DNA of 64,000 nt from Eledone cirrhosa (lineage: Eukaryota), in contig OZ024741.1 in assembly GCA_964016885.1 (NCBI GenBank), positions 207,142,001-207,206,000 on the forward strand, read 5' to 3'. This document shows positions 27,933 through 42,059 of this stretch, in pieces. Position numbers and translations under genes: made by a program. The notes beneath the pieces were generated by a model. That model had not been told where the DNA came from and ran no database searches. It saw only the letters and a list, made by a program, of their open reading frames with translations. Every line of letters begins with the position of its first letter. Position 1 is the stretch's first letter.

Positions 27933-28035
27933 GTATATATAGTGTATTTTGCAATACACTGTATACTTAATTAAAAGCATTTTGAAAACCATACGCTATG
28001 TCACCTATTTAAATTTTCAGCAAACAGGGGAGATA

Positions 28036-28080
28036 AACTGACAGAGCTCTGTTTCGTACGTTTTGGTACTTATCAAAGTT
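28036..28080 (-). ncRNA. type I hammerhead ribozyme, U3-A8 variant, GUC site
   Basis: AACT-TTGATAA-GTAC-CAAAAC-GTAC-GAAA-CAGAGCTCTG-TC-AGTT; all three helices pair; enclosed by ~70-bp inverted arms (27930-28000 and 28113-28182). Confidence 0.88.
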
Positions 28081-28239
28081 CACTACCCCCCCCCCCCCCC
28101 TGCTTTAAAACAATAGCGTATGGTCTTTAAAATGCTTATAATTAAGCATACAGTGTATTGCAAAATACACTATATATACATTCATATATATATATATCGC
28201 TATTTCAGAGCAGCAATTCTCTCTCTCTATATATAAATA

Positions 28240-28350
<111 letters not shown>

Positions 28351-28442
28351 TTATTTTTATATATATATTTTATATATATATATATATATTTTATATATAT
28401 ATATATATTTATTTTTATATATATATAATATTTATGTCTTTT

Positions 28443-29119
<677 letters not shown>

Positions 29120-29120
<1 letters not shown>

Positions 29121-31604
29121 TAACAATTATTGGAGTAAAAATACGATATATTAACAAGTGGAAACTATATTTATAAAACCATATTTATTTCATTATACAT
29201 ATTTCAAGGACACCAAGTTAAATTATGGTGCGCTTTCATCAGATAAAATATAATATAGATCAGTTTTATAAATAAATAAAGAATGCGACCATTTCTGTTG
29301 GAAGCTCCCGGATAGTGGGGTTATTAAATTTATTTAGTCTATTATGCAAATTAGTGTCGTTGAAGTATGGAAAAAAAGGGAAAGAAAGGAAAAAGAGAAA
29401 AAAGAGAAAAAGAGAAAAAAGAGAAAAAAGAGCAAACTCTAAGAGGAAAATAAGAAAACGAGAGAAAGAGAAAGAGAAAGAGAAAGAGAAGAAAAAACGA
29501 AAAAAGAAAGAGAAAGAGAAAGAGAAAGCCCTAAGTGATAGGTTGTTGTATTAGCGTAACTTTTAAGATGAAGTGAAAAAATAAATATTTATTGGATGAG
29601 TTAGGAAGAGTAAATAAGCGTGAATAGAAAATAAATAAATAATAACTGGAGAATGTTATCCAATGTTTAAATATGATTAAATGTTTAGTTTATCAATTAA
29701 ATTATCAATTAAATTATTGAGATCTATACATTAAAATTGAGATCTATATATTATTAAAATCTATATATTATTAAAAGAATATATTCATATATATATACAC
29801 ACATATATATATACATATACATATATATATATACATACACATACATATATATACATTCAATAAAAGATTTTTTTATGTTTAAGATATAGAGATTTTTCTA
29901 AACTTATAGATTTTTCGGAGAAATCGGAGAAAAAATCGGAGAAAAATCATTTCTATGTAATAGCAAAACAGCGTGAAGGAAATTAAGTTATTTACTTATA
30001 TTAAATGTTATAAATGTTAAGATAATAAAGGAAATTTAAGATTATACTAACCTTATATTATTTAATAATAAGTTATAATTTTATAAATTTTATAAATTTT
30101 ATATCTAATAAATCCACCTGTTATGTAGTTGTGACTGTTATTATATAAGCTTGTTTAGCATAAACCGTAAGAAATCCTTTATAACAGAGTGCATTCGAAT
30201 TGTATACATATACATATACACAGCCCCTACATAGATTCACACACATATATATACACATACCGGTAGACATGCATCATACATATATATATAGAGAGAGAGA
30301 GATAAATATAAAGTACATAATATATTTAAAGTACATAATATATAAAATAAAATAAAATAAAAATGAATTATAGTTTTAAAAGGAATTACGATTTGGAAAT
30401 ATATTCATACAATTTTAAGCAATATAACTTTAAAGCAATATAATTTTAAAAAATATTAAAAAATATTTTAAGATATAATTTTAAAAATAATAATATGTCT
30501 AAAAATTCAGTATAAAAATGAACTAAAATTTTTTTTAATATATAATATTTAACTCTCAGTATGTTTAACTTAATTTTTTATAACCATATGAGAAATTTTC
30601 AAAGAAAAAGAAAGAGAAACTTTCAAAAATAGGAGAAACTTTCAAAGAAAGTATTTTCCCCTTTTAAGAGCTTACAGTATGTTTATCTAGAAACATTTTC
30701 TAGGTAAATTTTTTTTTTATAATGAGAGTTTTAAGCAGTCAAATGAAGGAATCTAATGGTTTATCGATAGGTTCAATATATTTAATAGAATGAGTTATAT
30801 ATTACATTTTAAATTTATATTTAAACGTTGAATTCAATCTGTTTGCCGCAACTGAAAAGATTGCTTCTTACGTTCAGGGAATTTTTGCTTTTTAATATAA
30901 ACGATATTTCCTCTATACAAAGATCGCAATTTTCGGAAGAGGAGTTAAATGGAGTAGCCTTTGAAATGATATTCCAAAGTAACGAATATTTAACGTTATT
31001 TAATTTAAGGTCCCATAATAAGCTAGATAGAGAAGTTGAAGATTTGTTGTTTAAATGCGTAAAAGAGCATTTATGGTTATTAAAACGAGATTTAAAATCT
31101 GTGGAAGTAGATCCTACATAATTAAATGAATTTAAATTAGTTTTTACATTACAATTATATACTATATTTTTAGCTAAACAATTGTTATATAACGGACAGT
31201 TAGATTTATTTCTACAGTTACATTTATCAAAATTTAAGTTATTAGGAGCTGTATTATTAAATTGAGCTGTATTACTAAATTGGATATTGCTGGGGTTATT
31301 ATTGGTATTTTGGTTAGGTTTTAAATTTCTATTATTAATTCTATTAATATTTTGCGCTAAATTTTTGGTGGATGAATAAGTTAATTTTATAGTATGTCTA
31401 TTAAATATTGAGTAATATCTATGTGTTCTAGGGAAGCATTTGTCAAGAGCTTTGAAGAATAGTTTAGCAATAGGAGTTTTAATATTTAATGAGAAAGGAG
31501 GAGCGAACCATAATATATTCCTAGTTCTATTTCTTTTTTGTTTTCCGAATTATTGTAAGGTTTTCTAGTATAGTTGTTAAAATTGTTAAGATTATGGTTA
31601 GTTG

Positions 31605-31605
<1 letters not shown>
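29120..31605 (-). mobile_element. Naiad-like PLE 3' half (GIY-YIG, 3' UTR, HHR)
   Basis: 30820-31600 minus reads RNILWFAPPFS, DKCFP, CNCRNKSNCPL, IVYNC, YVGST, FKSRFNNH, CDLCIEE; sister copy at 35140-37745. Confidence 0.85.
29186..29250 (-). ncRNA. type I hammerhead ribozyme at PLE 3' end
   Basis: TATTTTAT-CTGATGA-AAGCGCACCA..TGGTGTCCTT-GAAA-TATGTA-TA-ATGAAATA. Confidence 0.82.
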
Positions 31606-31660
<55 letters not shown>

Positions 31661-31826
31661 AATTAGTATATCTACCAACATATATATACAGATGCATACC
31701 TATGCTAGCAAATATATAGGTTTTATCTTAGTAACTTTGTGGCTCAATGCAAGGGGATGCAGAACAATTATATGAAAGACGTAAAATAAGAAAATTATAA
31801 AAATTAACTTACTTCCTTAAATTTCA

Positions 31827-31907
31827 CTCCAGCTAATTAGTTTCTCAAAGGGAATAAACATGGTTTCCGAATGGAACACATGGAGAATGCCTTTCGTCAT
31901 CAGGAAG
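31827..31907 (-). ncRNA. hammerhead ribozyme with mutated cleavage site
   Basis: CTTC-CTGATGA-CGAAAGG..CCTTTGA-GAAA-CTAATTAG-CT-GGAG; homologue of 39602-39681. Confidence 0.7.
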
Positions 31908-31956
31908 TCAATTCTCAGCTAAGTTCCCAGGCGATGCGTGGACACAGGGAACTTAT

Positions 31957-31999
<43 letters not shown>

Positions 32000-32003
<4 letters not shown>

Positions 32004-34244
32004 TCCTCAACAACGCTCTCTCTTTTGCATTTAAATATTCTGACATCACCACAGATGAACTGTACATCATTCTCACCGCAAGAAAAAGTATCCTGGAATT
32101 CAACAACGAATATTGAACTAGAGCTGATACTTCCAACAATTTTGATATCACAATGGGTTCTTCGGATTCAGCGCAATTGTCTGACTTGATTGGAATCTTT
32201 ATTTTGAATTCGTTAAATCGGAAAATTCCTCAACTTCGTGGTGGAATTTATCGTGACGATCCCCTTTTTACTGTCTTAAACTGTAACTTAGTTAACTTTA
32301 ATATTATTAAGAATAATATACTTGATCTATTTAAGCACCATAACCTAAAAATTTTATTTGAAAACAACGTCAAACTAGCTAACTTCCTGGATATATCCCT
32401 TAATCTTGCCACCGGCCTATATTACCCTTACCATAAAGACAATGAGAATCTAAATTATGTTAATTTTAAATCTAACCACCCTATTAACGTTACAAATGCT
32501 GTAGTCAGTAATGTTGAAAAAAGAATCTCAATCAATTATTACAACAATGCGCTTTGCAGAGCCGGTTATCCTAACAAAATTAAATACAGTAAAGAAACTA
32601 ATCATAGAGGAACTTATAGTAATATAGTTAGTTATACGCATTCCAATAGCATAAAGAAAAGACCTAGATATAAAAATATGATTTGGTACAACGCTCCTTT
32701 TTCTCTATCTATTATTAGTAATATTCCTAAACTATTTTTTAGGGCCTTAGATAAATGCTTCCCTCCTTCACATATTTATAGTAAGATCTTTAATAAGCAT
32801 ACAATTAAATTCTCTTATTCCACCACTTCCAACATCTCTAACATTATCTCAAAACATAATATATTAAGTAATAAATCATATCCATCCAACACTGAGCGTC
32901 ATAATAATAACAATAGTAAGCCCGACGTCAATGCTAACTCTAGGCTAGATTCCATAAATTTATACACGACGTCAAACGTAACTTTATCGAATGTTCATAA
33001 TACCAATCAGGAAACTTTAGCACCTATCGTAAGTAATTTCTCTAATTCAATTCCTTCTATAAATAATACTGTGTCACTTGCTAATAACTCTGGTAATTTC
33101 TCTAATCGTAATTGCAATTGCCCTATTAGAACCAAATGTCCTCTTAGTCTTGATAAAAATGTAGTGTATGAATGTAAGGTACTAATTCTTTTACCTCTTT
33201 TGGTTCCACTTCCACTTCCTTTAAGACAAGATTTTATAATCACAGTTCTTCTTTTAAATACCAACTTAAAAGAACTAACACAGCACTCTCAGAACTCATA
33301 TGGTCCTTAAAGGACAAAAATATTAACTACAACATTTCTTGGAGAAAGGTTTGCAACGCCTCTCCTTACCGTAATTCGTTCCTATCCAGAACATGTAATC
33401 TCTACCTAGCGGGGAAATTTACCATTATCTCTAATATTAATTCTATAATAAATAGACGTACGGATTTATTTTCGCTCTGCTTGCATAAATCCCATAGAAC
33501 TTTCCATAAAGTATACAACTAATATCTTACTACCTACTTAGTTTAAAATCTTTTTTTCTCAAACGCTTTTATATTTTTTACAAATATACCCATCTTTCTA
33601 CCTTATTTCAGTATATTATACAATATTACTCATACTATGTCGTTAGCGGTCCCCTAATTTTCTTCTTTTTTAATTTCTAATCTTTAATCTGCAACTTTTA
33701 CTTCTCAATTACTTCTTAATTCATCTTATAACTCACTATAGCATTTTCCTTATATTCTCGGCCATACACATTTTTATTTTTAATATATAATAATTACCAT
33801 TAGAGAAATTTTGTAAACATATTTTTTTGACGTTATATATTTTTTCTTCCTTGAATTTTTTTTTCTTCTTTTCTTCCATGCTCGTATTAAATCTATTATT
33901 TACTTTTTCCTATTGCAATATATAGAAACAAACTTGGACCCTAATTAATTCCTCTAAGTTCATAATTCATTTAACCTTATCTTCATTCACCTTATCATCT
34001 TAATATATTTTATTTTAATAATACATTTTAATAAATTCCTTTTCGCACATCTGATTAAACCCTTCAATATATAAACCTTAAATAAATAGTATTCTTAATT
34101 CCTTTTTCTTTAATCATAAGCATCACCATTCATAAATCCCATTAACTTTTAATTTCTTAATTTTTTTAAAATTATCTATTATATTTTATCTTACAACGTT
34201 TTTTTTTTAATTTTTCTCTTAGACAGTGCTTCTCAGTATTAAAT

Positions 34245-34309
<65 letters not shown>

Positions 34310-34630
34310 TTCACTCATTTTCTCCACCTCTCTCATCCTTCCTTCTTATACTCCTCCTCCGTCATCCTTTCCTTATTATTATATTTTTTCTTCTATCTAT
34401 ATATATTTTTCTTCCACTTCCTTACCGTTTCTTTGCCTCTTCCTTTCCTTATTTCTTATTTATTTTTTCATATGTTGATTTAACACTTCACTGCTCGCAA
34501 GTGTTTTTTAAGCTTCATATCATGTCTTCCTATTCTATCTGATGAGAACGCAAATACCATCCCACGATGATATTTGTTTTTGAAATGCGCATAATAAAAT
34601 ACATGGAACTCTTTTAAACAGCTTTTGATT
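32000..34630 (+). mobile_element. Naiad-like PLE, 5'-truncated (RT, GIY-YIG, 3' UTR, HHR)
   Basis: FDITMGSSDSAQLSDLIG, GGIYRDD, NFLDISL, SNHP, IWYNAPFS, CNCPIRTKCPL, VVYEC, then frameshifted endonuclease. Confidence 0.88.
34531..34601 (+). ncRNA. type I hammerhead ribozyme at PLE 3' end
   Basis: TATTCTAT-CTGATGA-GAACGCAAATA..TATTTGTTTTT-GAAA-TGCGCA-TA-ATAAAATA; palindromic helix III; overlaps AATAAA. Confidence 0.8.
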
Positions 34631-34992
34631 TTATATATATATATATATATGTATATGTGTGTGTATATGTGTGTGTGTATGTATATATTTATATGTATGT
34701 GTATGTGTATATGTGTGTATTGCTTACCACGTTTGTTTGTTTATTTATTTTTATTTGTGTCCTTTCCTGTATCGCTGTCAACTTAATAATATTTTTTATT
34801 TTCTTAAGTCTTTTTTTTTTGTATGTGACGGCCTATTGCATTATATGGTTGTTCATTGTTTTTTTATTTTTTCTTATAATTAATTGTGTGTGTGCGTATG
34901 TAGGTGTGTATATATATCTATATATGTGTGTGCGTGTGTATGCGTGTATATATGTGTGTATGTATGTGTGTGTATGTATGTGTATATATATA

Positions 34993-35068
<76 letters not shown>

Positions 35069-35139
35069 TATGTATGGATATATATATATATGTGTGTATG
35101 TATGTGTGTGTGTGTATGTATATATATATATATATATGC

Positions 35140-37745
35140 AGAGCTTATATTTAATTTTTGGGGATTCAACAAGCTTAAAAATAAATAGGAAAAGAAAAGA
35201 AATTATACAATTTTTTAATTGCCTTAATATTAAATTAGAAGTAGAGAATAATTATTAAATAGTTAATGTTTTAGATGTAACTTTAAACCTTAACACTTAA
35301 TTTCATAAAATAAATGAGAATCTAAACTATGTTAACTTTAATTCCAATCACCCCAGATCCGTTAAAAACACTATTGTAAATTCTGTGCAGCAACGTATTT
35401 CTAGAATTTCAGCTAATAAAAATATATTTGAAGATAAGGCACAATATTATAACGAAGCGTTAGGTAGAGCAGGCTATAGTAATTAAATTAAATACATTGA
35501 TAATAAGGATGTGCTAACTAACCATAACTATAACTATTATAATAGAAAACCTTACACTAACTCGAAAACCAAAAGAAAAAATAGAACTAGAAATATATTA
35601 TGGTTCGCTTCCCCTTTCGCATTAAGTACTAAACTCCTATTGCTAAATTATTCTTTAAAGCTCTAGATAAATGATTTCCTAGAACACACAGTTATTACTC
35701 AATATTTAATAGACATACTATTAAACTCTCATATTGCCCCACTATGAATTTAGCGCATAATATTAATAGAATTAATAATAGAAATTTAAAACATAACCAG
35801 AATAGCATTAATACCCCTAGCAATATCCAATATAATGTTACGGCTCCCAGTAATTTAAATTTAGATAAATGTAATTGTAGAAATAAATCTAAATAATAAT
35901 TGTTTAGTTAAAAATATAGTATACAATTGTAATGTTAAAACAAATGTAAACTCCTTTAATTATGTAGGCTCTACCTCCACAGACTTCAAGTCCCGTTTTA
36001 ATAACTATAAATGTTCTTTTACGAATATTGGTAAAAAATCTTTAACTTCTCTATCTAACTTACTATGGGACCTGAAATCAAAGAACATTAACTATTCTTT
36101 ACTTTGGAATATTATTTCCAAAGCTCCTTCATACACTGTTTTATCCAAAAATTGTTCCCTTTGTGTCGAAGAAATATTCTTTATACTAAAAGGTTAGAAC
36201 TCTGTTGGTTTGAGGAGCGGTTTATTCAGTTCTTGCAGACATCGTTTGAATTCAACTTTTAAATATATATATAGGGTGTAATATACGACTTATCTCTTTT
36301 GCATGATGTCTTCTGTATCCATATATGATTCATATACTTAGTTTGTTTTCTATTGTCTTTGCTTCGCATATATATTATTAAACCATCGATAGATTATGGA
36401 ATTCCTTTGTGTGGCTGCTTGAGGCTCCTTTTGGGGGGGGGGGGGTCTTGAGAGACTTTTGGGAAAATCTTTTGAAAGTTCCTTTGAAAGATTTAGAAAA
36501 ACTATATTTTTATATTCTTATATTTTCAGGCGTTTTTAATGTATATATCCAGGTGTTTATATGTGTGTGGAAAAATATGTTTTTTTGTTTTTTTTTGTTT
36601 TGTTTATATGTGTGTGGAGTAACCTATGGTTTATGCTTTGAATATATTCATAAGAACATTTTTTAAATCTTTTAACTTTATAGCAAGTGGGTTTATGACT
36701 TCGTGTAGAATAACATGGGGTTCATGTTCTAGTTATAATCTTGAGATAGAAAATTTGACTTCTTGACTTTGTGGCATTTGATCCTTGGAGTCATCTGGGT
36801 TCTTGGGGGGTCACTTAAGGGGTCACTTATAACTTCCTTTGCGCTCCCTTACTTTTTTTTGATGTAACTAGGTGGTTGTTCTTTTGTAAACTCTCGAAGA
36901 TTTTCCATAAATTTAGAATTATTTGGATGTTTTAAACTTTTAACTTATAGCTTTTGATGTACTGGATTTGCTCTGATGTGGAATGATATATATTTTTTTA
37001 GTAATTTATGGTCCTTAACATACACATTTAAATTAATTATTAAATTATTAAATTAAATCTTTAATCTAATTTTTCAACCTATCATTGTGGGTGTTATAGT
37101 CGGGACATAACGAGTCCTGCATTGTAGGTGTTGTTCCTCTGCGCTGTTCTCATTTCGTCTCTTCTTCATTTCTCCTCTCACGTAAATATACTTGCGCTGT
37201 ATTTGTCCTTTGAGACTAGTATCTTCTCTCACTTAAAAATATACTTACGCTCTTCTCTTCACATTATTTTCACTGTCAAAAAATATATATAATCGCTCCC
37301 TCTTTTTTTCTTTCTTTCTTTTTTTTTCTCTCTCACATATCACCTTCTTCCAACAGTTTAATTTAAATAAACCGCTATCTTTTCAACCTTTCAGACACTC
37401 ATTTGCATACTCAATCATAATTTTCTGTCACCCTCAATAGATGTAATATCTCCACTATCCAGGAATCTCCAACCGTTAAGGTTGTCTTTTTACAGGGTAT
37501 GTCAATATTTATTTATAAAACAAATCTGTATTGTATTTTATCTGATGAAAGCGCACCATAATTTGCCTTGGTGGCCCTTGAAATATGTATAATAAAATAA
37601 ATATGGTTTTATAAATATAGTTTCCATTTGTTAATATATATGTATATATATATATATATATGTATATATACTGTATATATATAAATATAGAAATGTAAGT
37701 TATCGCCGTATTTTGACTAAAGAAATTAAAGAAATTATTTAGCCT
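35140..37745 (+). mobile_element. Naiad-like PLE, decayed, same family as 29120-31605
   Basis: VNVLDVTLNL, NSNHP, RNILWFASPF, CNCRNK, YVGSTSTDFKSRF, CSLCVEE; shared 3' HHR. Confidence 0.85.
37534..37599 (+). ncRNA. type I hammerhead ribozyme at PLE 3' end
   Basis: TATTTTAT-CTGATGA-AAGCGCACCA..TGGTGGCCCTT-GAAA-TATGTA-TA-ATAAAATA. Confidence 0.82.
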
Positions 37746-38360
37746 GATAGTGGGGTTCAGAACCCTCGGAGAAATGGAAAAAGATGAGCATTGACGTACA
37801 TGGGAGCCGAACCCACATCTTTGGTTATCCGGACCACTTGTTTTGCGAGGTTTTTGATATGAAATCGTTTGTCGAAACAAATATTGTTATACTTGGGGAG
37901 GGTCATATTGTTGTAATAATATTGCCAGAAATAATAACAGAACACACTCACTGTTTGGTTGGTTTTCGGTTCTGTATCTTTTATATGTCCATAGTTAATT
38001 CATTTGGTCCTCAATGTTTATCATTGACTGAACAACGGTAAAAAATACAGATATAAATACATATATATAGTCTAACAAAGTTCTTTCGTTGCACATCTGC
38101 AACATCATCAGTGGTACTATTATGTTTTCTCCTGTTATATTGTATGTCTGCGCCATTTTTATCTCATCTGATTATTTATTTATTTATTTTTGTATTCTTC
38201 TCTGCGCATGCGTTTGCGTGTGTGTATAGGGTTTGGTGTGTGTGTTCGTGTTTGGGTGACTGTGTTTTGGTTATTGTATTCTATTTTAGTTTACTAGTGT
38301 GTGTTTATATCTGTTTGTTGTTATTGTGGTTGTGTATATATTTATTTAATTATTTATATT

Positions 38361-38455
<95 letters not shown>

Positions 38456-38752
38456 AATATAAATGAACTCCATATAAACATAAACATAAATGAACTCCAA
38501 CCAAAATTAAATAGAAAACATGAATGGAATAGCAACATCACAACTTACAATTAAGGACAAAATGAAAACACACACACACATAGAACAACCAACCAATCAG
38601 TAACATGTAAATAAACAAATAAATAACAAATATAAACACACACAGACACCCGGATGTAACACATGCGCAAACTAAGCACACAACACACACAAAAACAAGA
38701 TGGTGTAGGACAGAACAAAGGAGAGGCACAAAAACAAAGAAAAGAATCCCCA

Positions 38753-38795
38753 GTCACTGAAGAGGTCACATAATGTGTGACGAAAGAACTTTGAT
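38753..38795 (+). ncRNA. hammerhead-like motif (copies at 41104-41146 and 47221-47263)
   Basis: GTCA-CTGAAGA-G-GTCACA-TAATG-TGTGAC-GAAA-GAAC-TT-TGAT; one extra base before helix II. Confidence 0.6.
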
Positions 38796-39422
38796 AATAT
38801 ATGAACAATCGTCTGGTTGTGGAACCAACCAACCAACCAACCGGAAATTTATAAATTCCTAAATTTATAAATTTAATTTATAATAAATTGAAGTGAAAGC
38901 AACTGGTGCATGTGTTTCTTATTGGCAACATGACCCTCCCAAAGTATAACAATATCGGTTTCAACACACGTTTTCAGATAAAGAATCTTGCTAAACAAAT
39001 TCAGAAACGAAATATATATATATATATTAAAAAATAGAGGTGTGGCACACGAGTTGTGATATATTAGTAAAAAGGAAAAGAAAATGCTGATAAATTTTTC
39101 CCAGTGAAAAATAGTTTAATTAGGAATAAGTATAAATTAGTAATAAGTATTAGTTAGTATTCAGTTTTAGTTTCAAGTTATTACCGGTTGCGCATTTCTA
39201 ATGCTTTTCAAAAATAATTTTGAGATAGAGCGCTCGTGATCTTTGCTCTAATCTGATTAGAGCAAAAATCACGAGCGCTCTATCTCAAAATTATTTTTGA
39301 AAAGCATTAGAAATGCGCAACCGGTAAAAACTTAAAACTAAAACTGAATACTAACTAATACTTATCTAATTAAACTATTTTTCACTGGGAAAAATTTGTC
39401 AGCATTTTTCTTTTCCTTTTTA

Positions 39423-39536
<114 letters not shown>

Positions 39537-39601
39537 AAAGACGTAAAATAAGAAAATTTAAAAAAAAAATTTTTTTTTAAATTAACTTACTTAAATTTTC
39601 A

Positions 39602-39681
39602 CTCCAACTAATTAGTTTCTGCAATGGGATAAAGACAGTTACGTAATGAACTGTTGAGAATTTCATTGCGTCATCAGGGAG
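39602..39681 (-). ncRNA. type I hammerhead ribozyme
   Basis: CTCC-CTGATGA-CGCAATG..CATTGCA-GAAA-CTAATTAG-TT-GGAG; palindromic helix III. Confidence 0.85.
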
Positions 39682-40046
39682 GTCATTCTCAGCCGAGTCT
39701 CCAGGCGATGCGCGGACACTGGGGACTCTTTTATATTATTGTTCTGCATTCTCCTGCATTGAACCACCTAGGTACTATGACATAACCTGTGTATTTGCTG
39801 GCATTAGCGTACATCTGTGCGCTTATGTTAGTAGATATATTAAATTATCTATATATGTATATATATATATATATATGTGTGTGTGTATATGTGTGTGTGC
39901 GTGTGTGTATGTGTGTATGTGTGTGCATGTGTGTTTATCTACTTTTATATTTCTTTTTCCTTTCCTTCTTCCTTTTCCAGCCTCACTTTCATATATATTA
40001 TATTTTTGTTTTTAAAATCCACTGTCAACAAATACACCAGGATTTC

Positions 40047-40105
40047 TTCATTCTGATGACTGAAAGCAAATTTTGTTTGCTTTCAAGAAACCACTGGTAA
40101 ATGAA
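40047..40105 (+). ncRNA. type I hammerhead ribozyme (same family as 3115-3173)
   Basis: TTCATT-CTGATGA-CTGAAAGCAAA..TTTGCTTTCAA-GAAA-CCACTGG-TA-AATGAA. Confidence 0.9.
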
Positions 40106-40131
40106 ATAATTATCTTATGTTGTTCATTACA

Positions 40132-40247
<116 letters not shown>

Positions 40248-40765
40248 TTGCGAGGTTTTTGATATGAAATCGTTTGTCGAAACAAATATTGTTATACTTG
40301 GGGAGGGTCATATTGTTGTAATAATATTGCCAGAAATAATAACAGAACACACTCACTGTTTGGTTGGTTTTCGGTTCTGTATCTTTTATATGTCCATAGT
40401 TAATTCATTTGGTCCTCAATGTTTATCATTGACTGAACAACGGTAAAAAATACAGATATAAATACATATATATAGTCTAACAAAGTTCTTTCGTTGCACA
40501 TCTGCAACATCATCAGTGGTACTATTATGTTTTCTCCTGTTATATTGTATGTCTGCGCCATTTTTATCTCATCTGATTATTTATTTATTTATTTTTGTAT
40601 TCTTCTCTGCGCATGCGTTTGCGTGTGTGTATAGGGTTTGGTGTGTGTGTTCGTGTTTGGGTGACTGTGTTTTGGTTATTGTATTCTATTTTAGTTTACT
40701 AGTGTGTGTTTATATCTGTTTGTTGTTATTGTGGTTGTGTATATATTTATTTAATTATTCATATT

Positions 40766-40806
<41 letters not shown>

Positions 40807-41827
40807 AATATAAATGAACTCCATATAAACATAAACATAAATGAACTCCAACCAAAATTAAATAGAAAACATGAATGGAATAACAACATCACAACTTACA
40901 ATTAAGGACAAAATGAAAACACACACACACATAGAACAACCAACCAATCAGTAACATGTAAATAAATAAATAAATAACAAATATAAACACACACAGACAC
41001 CCGGATGTAACACATGCGCAAACTAAGCACACAACACACACAAAAACAAGATGGCGTAGGACAGAACAAAGGAGAGGCACAAAAACAAAGAAAAGAATCC
41101 CCAGTCACTGAAGAGGTCACATAATGTGTGACGAAAGAACTTTGATAATATATGAACAATCGTCTGGTTGTGGAACCAACCAACCAACCGGAAATTTATA
41201 AATTCCTAAATTTATAAATTTAATTTATAATAAATTGAAGTGAAAGCAACTGGTGCATGTGTTTCTTATTGGCAACATGACCCTCCCAAAGTATAACAAT
41301 ATCGGTTTCAACACACGTTTTCAGATAAAGAATCTTGCTAAACAAATTCAGAAACGAAATATATATATATATATTAAAAAATAGAGGTGTGGCACACGAG
41401 TTGTGATATATTAGTAAAAAGGAAAAGAAAATGCTGATAAATTTTTCCCAGTGAAAAATAGTTTAATTAGGAATAAGTATAAATTAGTTATAAGTATTAG
41501 TTAGTATTCAGTTTTAGTTTCAAGTTATTACCGGTTGCGCATTTCTAATGCTTTTCAAAAATAATTTTGAGATAGAGCGCTCGTGATCTTTGCTCTAATC
41601 TGATTAGAGCAAAAATCACGAGCGCTCTATCTCAAAATTATTTTTGAAAAGCATTAGAAAATTAGAGCAAAAATCACGGGCGTTCTATCTCAAAATTATT
41701 TTTGAAAAGCATTAGAAATGCGCAACCAGTAAAAACTTAAAACTAAAACTGAATACTAACTAATACTTATCTAATTAAACTATTTTTCACTGGGAAAAAT
41801 TTGTCAGCATTTTTCTTTTCCTTTTTA

Positions 41828-41908
<81 letters not shown>

Positions 41909-42059
41909 AAAACTATATGGAGGAGAAGGCAATACATTTAAAAATATTATTACCATTCCGAGGTTGACTTTGCCTTTCATTCTTACGGGGTAGATAAAAT
42001 AAAGTACCAGTAATGCACTGGATAATTGCTGGCCTTGTGCCTAAAGTAGAAACAATTAT

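Noticed and set aside
29315-29554. Lys/Arg/Glu-rich ORF
   Set aside because: Polypurine low-complexity tract within a PLE 3' UTR on the opposite strand.
30828-31121. 97-aa plus-strand ORF resembling a host exon
   Set aside because: Antisense shadow of the minus-strand PLE GIY-YIG domain.
35660-35680. In-frame TGA at a Cys position (ALDK*FP versus ALDKCFP), suggesting selenocysteine as reported in some Naiad elements
   Set aside because: This copy has many other stops and frameshifts, the sister copy has TGC, and I saw no SECIS; a point mutation is simpler.
37745-37836. tRNA-like fragment on the minus strand (GGTTCGGCTCC)
   Set aside because: Truncated with no cloverleaf; probably a SINE head, not a tRNA gene.
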